The notes under the pieces were generated by a model. That model did not search any database and was not told the origin of the DNA. It was given only the letters and a program-made list of their open reading frames with translations. The position numbers were made by a program, and so were the translations under genes. 64,000 bases of DNA from Eledone cirrhosa (Eukaryota). The stretch lies in NCBI GenBank assembly GCA_964016885.1, contig OZ024740.1, positions 152,582,001 through 152,646,000 on the forward strand, given 5' to 3'. Each line of letters begins with the position of its first letter. The first letter of the stretch is position 1. This document shows, piece by piece, positions 14,746 to 28,281 of the stretch.

Positions 14746-17700
14746 ATTTTTTTATTTGCCACAAGGGCGCACAAGAAAAGGGGACAATACAAATACATGC
14801 CGGGGATTTTACATACAGTCGTGTAAAAAATATAAAATAAACAATTACAACCATCGAAATCCCCAATAGGGGGGAAGCGCCACAAATGGGTTGTTTAATA
14901 CTCCGTCGATAGAACAACCCTCAACTCCAGGAGCGTATTGTGCAAGTGCTCCTTTCTTCCTTTTGCTCTCTTCTTCAACCTACAGGATTATAAACAGAGA
15001 AGGCCCAATCAATCGGGCCATTTTCGCTTCATTCACCCACCTTTCAGTAAATTTACTGGGGTGCAGTGCCTCTCTCTCCACTCTGATTCTCCTTCTAAAG
15101 TGATACTTAAAGAAGGGAATCAATTGTTGTCCGGAGAGAAAGGCATCTGTCCTCAGTCCTCTCAATCTCGTCCACCATATAACTTTATTCACCATAGCCA
15201 CCGTACAGAGGAAAACCACCTCTCTTTCGTTTTTGAAAGAAGCTGGCGGTTTGATCCTTACTATGGACTCGGCAGTCAACTGGATTGTCCTATACGCGAC
15301 AGCAGTTGTTCTGCATAGTTCCACAGGTCGGTTACGCCCGGGCAGTGTACAATTGCGTGCAGGACTGTTTCAATGTCCTGCGCGCATCTTGGACACGCCC
15401 TCTTGGAAGGATCCCTGCCGGGATGTCCATGCCTGTAGATCTTGTCACGAACCGGTAGAGCTCCTCGGTAGCACTGCCAGGCCAGGGACCTCTGGAAGTT
15501 GTCCATAGGTCCCGGGCGGAAAGTCCTACCAAACAGACTGGTGAGCTCATCGTCTTCGACGCCCAGAGTCTCTCCGAGCACGTCGTCGCCCTTGTAACGT
15601 ACAATCCCTCTATAGAATGTCGAAGTGAAGTCTCCACTGATTGCTGCGCCCGCTTGCCAGAGGACTGTGAGCGCCTGAGCGCATTCAATGTGCCAGGCGC
15701 CTATCGTGTTCGGTCTTTTCCTAACCCAGGACTTCAGCTCCGTGAGCGAGACGAGCTGTGGGAAAGCCTGTCTCACAAACGGTGCCCACAACGGTTGGGG
15801 GTCGGTGAGGAATACCTGGAGAGATGCCGCAGCCTCAGCGCATGTTTGCGATTCATCAGCCACGGCATTCCCAGCCCTCCGTTGGAAGGGTGCTGACAGC
15901 AGACGGATCTCCTCACTGCTTCTTCCACAGAAACTGGAAGAGCATGCGTTCCATCTTGGCGAGGTGTTCACGGGGACAAGGGACGACAGTCAAGCGGTAG
16001 TAGATGACGGATGCTATGAAAGTGTTCGCCACCTCCGCTCGACTTTTCAAGGACAGTGTGCACTCTGCCCACTTCTGGGTGAGTGCAAACACCTTGGCCG
16101 TCACCTCGTTCCAGTTTTTCTCCACCTGGAGGTCTGGACCGAGCAATTTCACCGGTCCGTCCGTCCAGCGTCTAACGACACTATCGGGCGTCATCGGTTT
16201 GCCTCTCCACGTACCGAGTTGCGAACCGACAGATTTGTCCGGGTTTAGTTTTGCTCCCGTCAGCGTTTCGTATTCTTTCAGTAAGTTGTCGATCACCCCG
16301 ATTTCCGACGTCCTCGACACCATTACCGTCACGTCGTCAGCATAAGCCGACGCTGCTTTGCGCAGTCCCGGTTCTAGAGGGATGCCCTGTAACAGCTCCA
16401 ATTTCCGAAGTAGTGGCTCTAGAATCAATACATACATAATGGAGGAGAGAAGGCACCCCTGTCGAATGGAACGCGTGATTGCGAACGGCTCCTATGGGTA
16501 GCCGTTCACCTTGACCCTCGAGCAGATGCTGGTGTGCATCGCCTCGATCCAGCCTCTGAAAACGGGACCGAAACCGGCCGCCTTAAGAACCGCTTCCAAG
16601 TATCGATGGTCGACCCTATCGAATGCCTTAGACTGATCCAAATTGATCAGAGCCCCACCGAAGCCGGGTTTACTACCCACCCTCTCTATGATGTATCGCA
16701 TGAGGTGCAGGTGTCGTGTATGGACCTGTTCGGGATTGCACACGTTTGCGCTTTCCCTACCAGGTTCTCGACGACAAACGCCAACCTCGTTGCTAGCACC
16801 TTGGCCAAAATCTTTAACTCTGTGTTGAGCAGAGTTATGGGCCTGAAGTTGTTAATTTCGCCCCCCTTGTTCTCGTCTTTCCTGATCAGCGTTATTACGC
16901 CCTTGCCTGCAGAACTGGGAATTCTACCGTTCTGCTGCTAATTGCGGTAGACGGCTTCGAGGACACCAGAGAACAAGTCCGGCATGCCTATGTAAAACTC
17001 ATAGGGTAGACCATCTAGACCGGGTGATTTGCGTTTCCCGCAGCGGCCCAGAGCGTCCCCTATCTCAGTGTCCGTGATTGGTCTATCGCAGAACTCGGCG
17101 TCCGTGTTCGAGAGACGCGGCAGGCCGTCGAGGTATGGACTAAAGTTCATTGACCCGTTCGGCTCACCGTCGTTCTGCTCAAACAGTCGCGCAAAGTGCT
17201 GCTGAAAGGCCGCGCACATTTGCTTGGGATCAAGTAGCACGCGTCCGTTTTGATCTTTCAAAGACCGAATCGTGGACTTGTTGCCACTTTTTGCCTCTGC
17301 CACTCGGGCCCAGCTGACAGCTTTCGCTCCTTCATTTCCTAGAGCACGTGTTTTGCTTCTGACCACGCAGCCTTCGTGTTTCGCATCGAAGAACTGGTCC
17401 AGTGCTGTTCTCGACACTAACTCTTTAGCCGCATTTCCTCTATCTTGGCTATTAGTTCTCTTTCTAGTTTGTTTTTCTCTAAGGCTAACCCTCTGCTAAA
17501 CCCTATCGATTCTATTCTAATTGCTTTCTTGAGAGAGTACCACCATCTATTGGTGACGATGGCTCCTGTTAACTGTTGCTTGACTAGTCTACTTATCCGT
17601 TCACTATAAGCTTTACGTGCCGGCAACGACACGTTCAGCTTCCAGTATCCGGGTCCTTGTTTATGTGTTCTATCACGGTTGACTAAGCAGACGACTAATT

Positions 17701-20110
17701 TGTGATCTGAATAGGCAACCATGTGCATTCGTGGACAGCTTAACATCTCCTAGTTCCTTTCTCTAATGAAGAACCTATCTAAATACGATCTAGATGTCCC
17801 GCTGCGGCTTGCCCACATCCACTGTGGTGCAGTCGGGAAATCCAGTCGATACCTATCGGCCAGTTGGAATTGGCCGATTAAACTTTTGAGGCTGTTTCTT
17901 CCAGGTTCGTCCAGGTTCTTCCGAAACATGACAACCACTCCACCCCCACCTCCTGGCTGACAGAGAGATGCGTAGATCTCAAAGTCGTCGAAGATGGGGG
18001 TTAGTTACTGCCTGTTGTGGATCCTGGACTCGGTGATGGCTATCACATCCATACCGTGTGAACTAAGGTCGTTTAAAAGTTGGCCCTGTTTCCAGGGCAT
18101 CCATAGGCCGCGCACATTCACGCTTCCAACTCGTAAACCAGCCATGTTGGTGAAGAAGAGTTGGAGAAAAAGGGCGAAAGATACACTTACCTTTCGTTTC
18201 CTGGATATCGGGTTGTTCAATCTCCATTTGGGTGCTGGATGGGTGTTGGGTGGGGTGGGGAAACATTTTAACAGGACGCGGTTGATGGGTTTCTGGCAGG
18301 GGTTGCCCACGTTCTGTGTATTTGTGTTTTTGTTGTGTTGTTTTAGTTTGTTGTTCGTCCGGGAGTTTTCTTTCTATGGTGGATGCTTGTGTTTGGGATG
18401 GTGTTGGTGTTGGTTTTGTTGATAGGGGGATGTTTGACTGTGGTGTTGTTTGTGTTGTTGTTTGTGTCTGTGGTTGTGTGTTGGTGTTGGTGATTGGAGA
18501 TTTGGGGGTTTTGTGCTGTCTCTTTTTTGTTTTTTTAGATTTCCGCGGCTCTCCCTCTTCTTCACTTAAAGAAGGAGAAGCAGTTTCATCCGTCGATGAA
18601 TAATCATTGTCAGGTGTGTGGGGTAGGGGTATGTTGTGTGTTTGTGGTAGTGTTTGATGGAGTGGCATGGGGTGGGGCTGTGTTCTTCAGGGGTGTTGTC
18701 TCTGTTTTTTCTGTTGTTGTTGGTTGAGTGTCTGTTTGTTTTGGTGTGGTTGCTCGTTTCGTCTGTCGTTTTACTTGTGGTGGTAGTGGTTGTTTTGGTG
18801 TTGGTATTGGTAATAGTGGTTTTTAATGATGTTGTTGTTGTGTGTTTGTGAAGGACAAGAGGCTTTTAGGTGTGCACAGCGAAAGCAATGACATTTTCGT
18901 CCTTCTACCGAAATGTTTATTTTGTTGTTATCATCGATGACGACTCTTTCGGGTATTTTGGAGATTCTCTCCGGCCTCATTTGCAACAGAATCTCCAAAT
19001 CAGTACCCGCCCACCTTTGTCGAATAGACTTTCGTATCGAAAGAATTATATCAGTTTCTGGCTCTACGAAGCCACCCAAGATCCACCAGATGTTAATGTT
19101 TGGGGGTATATTTTTTATTTTTATTTTTTGTGTCCTTTTTTCCATGTATGTAAGGGAAAAGGTGAATGCTTTTGACACCATTGGTGTCACAGAATATTTT
19201 TGGGCGAGTGCCTCGCTTTTAAACAGTACGGAAACAATTCCGTACTGTTTTCCTCGTTGGAGAAAATCGATATTTGCTAGATTTCCTTGAAAGTAGCTTC
19301 TATATCTGCTTGACTAACAAATATCGGCTTTCTCGTGGAATTGGACACAGTCCTAAAGGTGACTGGTCTTCGAACTGTGTCATCCTTTATTTCAAGGGGT
19401 GAGTTAATTCTAAACCCACCTTTCTCTTCGAAAGTTACAAATTTTCTCCCTTGCTGGAGCATATCTCTCGCATTGGAGATGTCAAGATTTATAAAATCTT
19501 GTTTTTTGTTCACTGTTTCAGCGAAAGACATTTTCTTTTTTTGTGTGGTGTTGCTGTTGTTGTTGTTGTTATCGTTGTTAACCTCGGTGTTGGAAATCTC
19601 AGTTCCTTGACGAGGTGAAACTTTATGTGTTGATGTATCTGTGGAGTTTTGGATGTCTTTTTCATGTGTATGTATGTTAATAGGTTTAATTTCTGTGTTT
19701 TCATGTGTGTTAGTGTTAATTTTCTCCGCTTCGACGGTAGAAAATGTACAATTTTCGAGTGGTAACATTTTTTCCTCTTTGTTGACAGTCGTATCTATGG
19801 CGACGTCCATAGTAGCAGAAGCAGATATAACGTTAAAATCTGCCTCTTTCTCTCTCTCTTTTCTCTATTGACGTTCTCCAGCGTTCCCTTCGTGTTATTC
19901 ATATTTTATAGTTTGCAAAATTTGATATTTTAAAATAATTTTTAAATTAAATTTTCGCCCCTAAAGGGGCGAAAAATGGGCTTATCACCCAGATGACGAT
20001 TCAGCTTGGGGGTTAATCTACAAAATAATATGTTTTTTCAAACAATTTGTTCTGCGTTTTGTATATAAATTTGCAAAAAATCTTACCGGCGATGTTTCAC
20101 GCGTCAGGCA
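14746..20110 (-). mobile_element. Tx1-like LINE copy B (near full length, decayed)
   Basis: 5' UTR; ORF1 about 19900-18190 (VEGR + C..C knuckle, T/Q/P-rich); ORF2 18145-14980 with NVRGL, YLDR, SDHK, GPGYWKLN, KSPGLDGL, LDQSKAFDRVDH, AYADD; short poly(A) at 14746. Confidence 0.92.
14980..18145 (-). pseudogene. ORF2 (APE endonuclease + RT) of copy B, frameshifted, with a deletion in the EN domain near 17900
   Basis: ORF-track fragments carry APE and RT motifs; the C and D copies have extra EN sequence at this point. Confidence 0.9.
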
Positions 20111-20124
20111 GAAAGAAAAATAGA

Positions 20125-23100
20125 TATCTTTCTTTATTAGCCACAAGGGGCACAAAAGAAGGGGACATTTATAAAGGGGGGAGTTTACATACAATAAAAA
20201 CGTGTAAAATGTTATCACAATTGTAAATTAAAAGTTAATCGATTTTCCCCAATAGGGGGAGACAGTTCGTATGGGTAGCACATACCCCCGAAAAAAATGT
20301 GCAACCCTCATCTCAAGGAGTACGAAGAGTTTGTACTCCTTTCCTCTCTTCCTCTTTTTCTACAATCTACAGGCTGATATAGAGAGAAGGCCCATTCACT
20401 CGGACCATTCTCGCCACTTTCACCCACCTTTCATAAAACTTGCTGGGGTACAGCACCTCTCTCTCCATCCTGATTCTTCTTCCAAAGTGGTATTTGAAAA
20501 AAGAATCAGTTGTTGGCCGGAGAGAAAGGTGTCTCACCTCAGCCCTTTTAACCTCGTCCACCATACAACCACTTTTGCCATAGCTATCACACAAAGGAAA
20601 ACCGCCTCTCCTTCGTTTTTGAAGGAGGGTGGCGGTTTGATCATGACAATGAACTCGGTGGTCAACTGGAATGGTTCCACCCGCGACAATAGTCGTTCTA
20701 CATAGCCACACAGGTCGGTAACGCCCGGGCAGTGTATAAATGCGTGCACGACAGTTTCTTCGTCTCGCACGCATCTCGGACAGATCTTTATCGAAGGGTC
20801 CCTGTCCGGGAGCCCATGTCTGTAGAGCTTGTCTCGAACTGGTAGAGCTCCTCGGTAGCACTGCCAGGCCAGGGACTTTTGGAAGTTGTCCATCGGTCCC
20901 GGGCTGAAGGTCCTACTGAAGACTGGCCAATTCGTCTCCCTCCACGCCTAGAGTTTCTCCGAGCGCGTCGTCGCACTTGCTGCGGATCAACCTTCTATAG
21001 AATGACGAAGTGGAGTCTCCACTGATCACCGGGTCCGCCTGCCAGAGGTTGTCCGGTGAGGAATACGTAGAGATGCCGCAGCCAGAGCGCGTGTTTGCGC
21101 ATCGTCAGCCACGGCACCCCAGCCCTCCGTTCGAAGGGTGTTGGCAGCAGATGGATCTTCTCACCAAAGGAGCCCGCTTCTTCCAAAGGAATTGGAAGAG
21201 CGCGCGCTCCTTTTATTGAGCGTTTTGGTTGGACAAGGCACGATGGTCAAGCGGTAGTAGATGACGGACGCTATAAAAGCGTTCGCCACCTCCGCTCGAC
21301 CTTTCAAGGATAGTTTGCACTCGGCCCACTTCTGGGTGAGTACAAATACCTTGGCCGTCACTTCGCTCCAGTTCTTCTCCACCTGGAGGTCCGGTCCAAA
21401 CCAGACCCGGAGTAGCTTCACCGGTCCTTCCGTCCAGCGTCCGACGACGCCATCGGAAGTCATCGGTCTGCTTCTCCACGATCCGAGTGGCAAACCGATG
21501 GACTTGTCCCGGTTCAGCTTAGCTCCTGTGAAACTTTCGTATTCCTTCAGTAAGGTGCCAACTTCCTCGATATGCGAGGTGCTCGACACCATTACTGTTA
21601 AGTCGTCGGCGTAGGCCGACGCCGCTTTCCGCAGTCCCGCTTTCTGCAATAGCTCCAACTTCCGCAATAGTGGCTCGAGAGTCAGTACGTACAGAGAGGG
21701 CATCCCTGCCGGATGGATCGCGTGATATGGAACAGCTCCGAGAGGTAGCCATTCACCTTGACCCTTGAGCAGATGTTGCTGTTGTGCATTGCAGCAATCC
21801 AGCCTCTGAATACGGGTCCGAAGCCTGCCGCCTCGAGCACCGCATCCAGGTAACGATGGTCAACCCTATCGAAAGTCTTAGACTGATCCAAGTTGATCAG
21901 GGCCCCACCTAAGCCGGGTTTACACCCTACCCTCTCTACGATGTATCGCATGAGGTGGCGGTTGTCGTGCATGGACCTGGTCGGGATTGCGCATGTCTGC
22001 GCTTCTCCCACCAAGTTTTCGACGACAAGCGCCAGCCTCTTTGCCAACACCTTGGCCAAAATCTGTAACTCTGTGTTTAGCAGAGTTATGGGCCGGAAGT
22101 TGCCTATGTCATTCCCCTTATTCTCGTCCTTCCTGACTAGTGTGACTACGCCCCTGGTCACAGAACTAGGAATTCTCCCGTTTTGCTGCCAGTTGCAGTA
22201 GACCGCTTCCAGGAGACCGGAGAACAAGTCCGACATTGCTACGTAAAGTTCGTAGGGTAGACCGTCGAGACCTGGAGATTTGCGTTTGCTGCATTGGCTC
22301 AGCGGCTGAAATCGGTCTTTCGCAGAACTTCGCCTCGCTGTCCGAGAGTCGTGGTAGGCCGTCGAGGTATGGAGCGAAATCCATAGCCATTCCCGGCGCG
22401 CCGTCCTGCCCGAACAGTTGAGCAAAGTGCCGCTGAAAGGCAGCGCACATCTGCTTCGGCTCACGTATCACGCGTCCGTCTTGGTCCTTCAAAGACCGAA
22501 TCGTGGACTTGTTGCCACTATTCGCCTCCGTCACCCGGGCCCAGCTAACAGCTTTGGCTCCCTCATTACTCAGAGCACGTATTTTGCTTCTGACAACGCA
22601 GCCCTCGTGCTTTGCATCGAAGAACTGGTCCAAGGCCGTTCTTGTTGATAGCACGCTGACTACGTTGCCACTTCTAATTGCCTCTTCTACTTTATCTACC
22701 AGTTCCTTCTCGGTCCTATTTCTATCTAATGCTAATTCTTTACTAAAGACTAACGAGTCTAATCTAACTTTCCTCTTGAGAGAGTACCACCATCTGTTGT
22801 TGACAATGGCCCCTGTCAAGTGCTGTTTAACTAAAGTGCTAATCCGCTTACTGTAAGTTTTGTTTGTCGGTAAGGACAAGTTTAGCTTCCAGTAACCCGG
22901 TCCTTCTCTATGGGTTCTATCAAGGTTGACCATTCCGGTCACCAACTTGTGATCCGAATAATCAACCATGAACATTCGTGGACAGCTTAATATGTCCCTA
23001 TCCTTGTTTCTAACTAGGAACCTATCTAGGTACGACCTAGATGTTCCACGTCCACAGTGGCACAGTCGGAAAATCTAGTCGATATCTATCGGCCAGATCA

Positions 23101-24790
23101 AATCGGCCGATTAACCGTTTGAGTCTGTTACACCCCCTCTATCGGGACATGCCCCTACACAGTCCCAACGTGCATCCAGGATACCATTCCAGTCCCCCAC
23201 TAAAAGCAAGGAGCGAGACGTTCCCAGAAAAGTCTCTAGGCGCTGGAAGAAGTCCGGTCGCGGTGTCCCAGATGGGGCATACACTTCCACCAGCCTGAAG
23301 GCTCCACCTTCGCTACTGCCGACGTCTAGAACCACCAGTCGACCCTCCAGGTCCAGGTGTACCTTCCGTGTTGCGAGGCCCAGGTGTTTTCGCAGCACAA
23401 CGACAACCCCGCCCCCACCCCCCGGCTGACAGAGAGATGCATAGATCTCAAAGTCGTCGAAGATGGGGGCCAGTTGGTGCTCGCTGCTGATCCTGGACTC
23501 ACAAATAGCTATCACATCCATTCTGTGCGACCTGAGGTGATTTAAGAGTTTGCCCTGCTTCCAGGAGATCCCCAGGCCGCGCACATTTAAACATCCAACT
23601 TTTATAACAGCCATGTTGGTGCTGAAGAGTTAGAGTGGAGAAAAAGGAAAAGACACCTACCTTTCCCTCTCCTGGGGACCAGGCTGCACACTCTCCATGG
23701 GATGTCAGAGGCGTTGTTTGGTAGGGTGGTGGTTTGAGATGTGGTGGGGACATCAGTGTGTGGTAGGGTGGTGGTGTTTGGTGGAGGAGTGGTGTCTGGG
23801 GTGGTGGTGGGGAAACATTTCAAAAGGACGCGATTGATGGGTCTAGTACAGGAGTTCCCCACGTCCTCGGGGAAGTTCTGTTTGAGCATTGCGTATAATT
23901 TTTAAATGCGGTTTAGTCGCCTCGTTGGTGAACATTTTCCCTTCGGTTTCCACCGAAGGGTCTTTGTCTATTGTTTGTACAAGTGTTTTGTTGTTTGTGT
24001 TGATGTATGTATACTGTTTTTGTTGTGTTGTGTTTGTTTGTTGTTCTTGTGTGTGTTTGCGTTTTGTAGTATGTGTTATGTTTTCGGGAGGGGTGTGTTT
24101 TTGTGTTTGTGACGTTTGTGATGTTTGTGCTGGTGGTTGTGTGTTTGTTGCATTTTTGTTAATGAGGTGCTTTCTTTTCTTTCTTTTTACTGGTTGAAAG
24201 GGTTCTCCCTCGTCGTCACTGGGTGACGTTGATAAGGGGTCCTCGTCCGTGTTGTTGGCGCGGGGTATATTTTGGGGTTTTGTTGTGGTTGTGGGTGCTT
24301 TTGTGTTTGTTTTAGGTGGGGAAGGGTTGGGTGGAACGGTGTCTTGTGTTGTTATTTTTTCGTGCTGTTGTGGTTGTTGTGGTTGTGGTGGTGGTGGTGG
24401 TGGTGGTGGTGGTGGTGGTTGTGTTGTTGTTGTGTGTGGGGTGGGCAGGAGCGTCTTTTTGTGGAGGGGGGGCATTTAAAAGGGGACAGGAAGTCCTCAG
24501 GTGACCACTTCTTGAACAGTGGTAGCATGAAGGCCGCCTGCCTTCGACAGAAATGTTTATGAAGGCAACTCCATCCAGGGACACCCGCTGCGGTATTCTT
24601 GCTATCCGTTCTGGTCTCATTTGGACCAGAACTTCAAGGTTATTGCCGCCGAATACGCCCCGGTGGATTCGCCTATCGAGAGGATTGTGTCCTCATCGTC
24701 TAAGAATCCCGTTAGCACCCACCAAATGCTCGCATTTGGCCTGATGCCCGAGATTCTTATCCTTTGAGTTATTTCCCCTCTTTCAGACAG
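20125..24790 (-). mobile_element. Tx1-like LINE copy C (5'-truncated within ORF1)
   Basis: ORF1 fragment VEGRRPSCYHCSRSGHLRTSCP (CCHC); ORF2 23614-20367 starting MAVIKVGCLNVRGL, with VGDWN, SDHK, FRPITLLN, AYADD; flanked 5' by (TATC)n at 24790-24850. Confidence 0.92.
20367..23614 (-). pseudogene. ORF2 (APE + RT) of copy C, frameshifted
   Basis: ORF-track fragments 23111-23614, 22166-22975, 21682-22464, 21161-21703 and 20534-20893. Confidence 0.9.
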
Positions 24791-25109
24791 AAAGAGAGAT
24801 AGATAGATAAATAGATAGACAGACAGATAGATAGATAAATAGATGGATATAAATATATATTTATACATGACAATGAAGATGAAGTTTACCTCATTTGCTT
24901 GTTACACAATCGTATTTTGATGGAAACTGTTATTTAACAGTTACAACATCCCCAGACAGCTATTACGTGATGAGAAATTTACGAGAATAAAATTGCAAAA
25001 AAGGTTACAAAAATAAAAATCACTCCTGCTGTTTCCACTCACTCCTACTATTTCTTTAATATATCTGTCTTTCTTGTACTCATTTTATTTCATTAATATG
25101 AAGACTTAT

Positions 25110-25420
25110 TGCTTATTAAATAGGGTGTTCGGCTTACAATCGGAAGATTATGTGTCGAATTCATGTTGTGCATTGTGTCCTTGAGCAGGACACTTTATTT
25201 CATGTTGTTGAAGACACCCCCCCCCCCCCCCCCTAACACTATAAAAAAAAACTATAAAAGAGTTCTATAGTGTGTCATGCTGAATTTCCATCAGAATTAA
25301 CGTGCAAGTAGCGGGGCATTCTGTTAATCAAAAATCTGGAATATTCGTCGTCGGAACTGATGGAGTTCCAGCACACATTTCATCACTTCAAAAAGGAAAT
25401 TGGTTTAAGAGGTGGTTTGA
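25110..25420 (+). mobile_element. degenerate tRNA-derived CORE-like SINE
   Basis: tgtgtccttgagcaggacactttatttcatgttg core, similar to 408-661. Confidence 0.55.
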
Positions 25421-25589
25421 AGTAAGTCTTATTGGGGAAGAGTGTGATGGGTGGCGTGCAGAAGGGCAGACACAGGCTTGGTTGTATGTTGGATCTGAGC
25501 ATTCCAGAGACACATGTACCCCTAACGCAATTCTCAGGGATATTCACCATGACACAATGTGCGACAAAGTTTAACAAATACAACGAATC

Positions 25590-25716
25590 TTTACCAATAG
25601 AGTGGACTGGAGAAGATGAAATAAAGTGCTTTGCTCAAGGACAGAAGGTGGCACCGTGATTTGAAAACATGACCGTTCGAGTGTGAGCCGAACACTCTAT
25701 CGCTGAGTCATGCATC
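25590..25716 (-). mobile_element. SINE head fragment
   Basis: actggagaagatgaaataaagtgctttgctcaagga matches the SINE at 540-575. Confidence 0.55.
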
Positions 25717-26099
25717 TTTCTAATTTCTCTTATATAAATACATACAAAGACACACACATTCGCACGCACGTGTGTATATATACATACATGACGTCTATGT
25801 AATTGGGATTTTTTACCATAATATATTGTTAATGTGATTGTAAAAATGATTTATTCTTTTCAGTCTTGACAGCTGAAGAGTGAAGTAAGGGATTCTTGAT
25901 GGGCATTAGCAGCTAATAGTGAAGTATGTTGAAACTACTCCAACATTCTTCACAGTTGGTGACGCTCTTGTTTTTTATCCACAAGTTTTATTTCCATAGT
26001 GAGAATAAACATTTATTTGCTAAAACTCTTTTATATGATTTCATACTGAAATTTATTCATAACCCGCCATAATAGTACTTTCGTTATACATATACATAC

Positions 26100-26107
26100 A
26101 CACACAA

Positions 26108-26168
<61 letters not shown>

Positions 26169-26213
26169 ACATATATATATATATATACATACACACACAC
26201 ACACACACACACA

Positions 26214-26286
<73 letters not shown>
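26100..26286. repeat. (CA)n/(TA)n microsatellites
   Basis: Direct reading. Confidence 0.95.
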
Positions 26287-26293
<7 letters not shown>

Positions 26294-26326
26294 GAATTGG
26301 CGCTCTGAAATAGCTATATATATATG

Positions 26327-26760
26327 AATGTATATATAGTGTATTTTGCAATACACTGTATGCTTAATTATAAGCATTTCGAAGACCTTATGCTATTGTT
26401 TTAGAGTAGTGACAGTCTCACTTACTTTAAATTTTCAGCAAACAGGGGAGATAAAGCTCTGACAGAGTTATTCTAATTTTCAATTTCTGCTTGACCGGCA
26501 ACCGCTCTGTATAATCAGTTTCTGATTATTACTAGAAATTCTATAAGAATCAAACATTCATGATTTTCAGCAAACAGGTGGAGTGCTTGGCTTTGATAAG
26601 TACCAATCAGTATGAAACATATCTCTGTCAGCTTTATCTCCCCTGTTTGCTGAAAATTTAAAGTAAGTGAGACTGTCAATACTCTAAAACAATAGCATAA
26701 GGTCTTCGAAATGCTTTTAATTAAGCATACAGTGTATTGCAAAATACACTATATATACAT
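26327..26760 (+). mobile_element. fold-back pLTR-like unit (about 130-bp inverted arms) with HHR
   Basis: 26327-26458 is the reverse complement of 26630-26760. Confidence 0.75.
26589..26633 (+). ncRNA. type I hammerhead ribozyme, U3-A8 core variant
   Basis: ggct-TTGATAA-gtac caatca gtat-GAAA-ca tatctc tg-TC-agct. Confidence 0.72.
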
Positions 26761-26846
26761 ATATATATATAAGTTTATCCCGGGTTCAATCGGGGGTAAC
26801 CACAGTAAGTAAGGTACTCAATACACAGCAGAGTATAAATATTTAG

Positions 26847-26897
26847 GGCTTCCTGATTATTTCTCCCGAATGAAACAGTTCTAGTCCTGTAGAAGCC
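26847..26897 (+). ncRNA. type I hammerhead motif (core CTGATTA, probably inactive)
   Basis: ggcttc-CTGATTA-tttc tccc gaat-GAAA-cag ttctagtc ctg-TA-gaagcc; same family as 57864-57914. Confidence 0.72.
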
Positions 26898-26900
26898 ATT

Positions 26901-26969
<69 letters not shown>

Positions 26970-27427
26970 AGGAAAAAAGATGAAATCGAAAATGCAACTG
27001 GAGTCTTTTTTCTTTTAATATATATTTATTTGGTTCCTTTACCGGTTTCGCAGTTCATCTGTATTTCTCAATTATACTTTCACTCGTGTAGGACACCTCG
27101 GTTATTTTTCATTTTGTGAAAAAAAAACAAAAAAAAACACACTTTCTAATAATACATATATATATATATACTATTAATAATGAGTTCAAAACTCAGGTAG
27201 TCCTTTACAAAGAAATAGCTCAAAGAAAGAAGTATTTCTGAGCCGTGTAATACAAGTTAATATAAATTAATATATTTGATAAACACAAATACCAACATAT
27301 CCATGTTTGTATTGTAAACGACTAAGTTAGCTAGATTGAAAAATACTAATTATACTAATACAGTTTGCCTGTCTCGATTTAAAATAATAAATCAATAAAA
27401 ACAAAGCGCATATTGGCAAATGGTCGT

Positions 27428-27557
27428 GGTGCTTGGACAAATTTAAATTTCAAAATCAAACCTGTTCCGTAGACTGGTTTAAACCTTAAAATCCAAATAA
27501 GTTTCGAAAAATGAAACAGTGAAAGAATACCGCATTTCTATCTCCTCAGCAAGCACC
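27428..27557 (-). ncRNA. type I hammerhead ribozyme with extended stem III
   Basis: ggtgcttg-CTGAGGA-ga...tc-GAAA-cttatttggattttaagg...ttttgaaatttaaatttg-TC-caagcacc; perfect 8-bp stem I. Confidence 0.8.
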
Positions 27558-27610
27558 AGAAAAATTGGTATGTTTCACTTCAAAATATTTAAAAAGACTG
27601 TTTAACGCAC

Positions 27611-27687
<77 letters not shown>

Positions 27688-28131
27688 TGAGTGTGTGCGT
27701 GAGGACACGGAAATACTCGGCCTGATATTCGAGCGCACGGTTAGACCACAGGAAGAGAAAGATTACTACTTCTTATTAGAACATCAATCTAGGAGGATAA
27801 CGGAGGTAAAACCCGTGACCCGATGACAGCCAATGATGTTGACCTGTTCTACTTTTTGTATAACTGTCACCGTGTTCAAAGAGTGGCTTTGGTCCAGTGC
27901 AAGTCCTATCTTCACTTATAAAAGCTTCAAACACTGGCATCACTTGATCTAAACGACTTTCACGTGTTATGTGTGAACAAGGCCTTTTCCTTTTCTCTTT
28001 CGCTGCAGCATATGCAGAAAAGAATCTAAGTCATTGAAGAGACTAAAAAGTTATGTTCGTGCTACCCATGTATGACAAAAATATTCAAGTATGGCAATTC
28101 TCGAAACCAAGATGCTGACATTATATATGTA

Positions 28132-28281
28132 TGCTTTCCAGCATAACTACGTCCCTTTACGATCTGAGTTCAAATCCCGCCGAGGTTGACTTTGCCTTTC
28201 ATCCTTACCGGGTCGATAAAATAAAGTACCAGTAATGCACTGGGTAATTGCTGGCCTTGTGCCTAAAGTAGAAACAATTAT
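28132..28281 (+). mobile_element. SINE (5'-truncated), young family
   Basis: gagttcaaatcc B box plus gttgactttgcctttcatcc...gggtcgataaaataaagtaccag; near-identical to 37300-37446 and to the reverse of 48840-48990. Confidence 0.8.

Noticed and set aside
25865-25970. CTGAAGA...GAAAC in a pLTR-like context
   Set aside because: Stems I and II do not pair convincingly.
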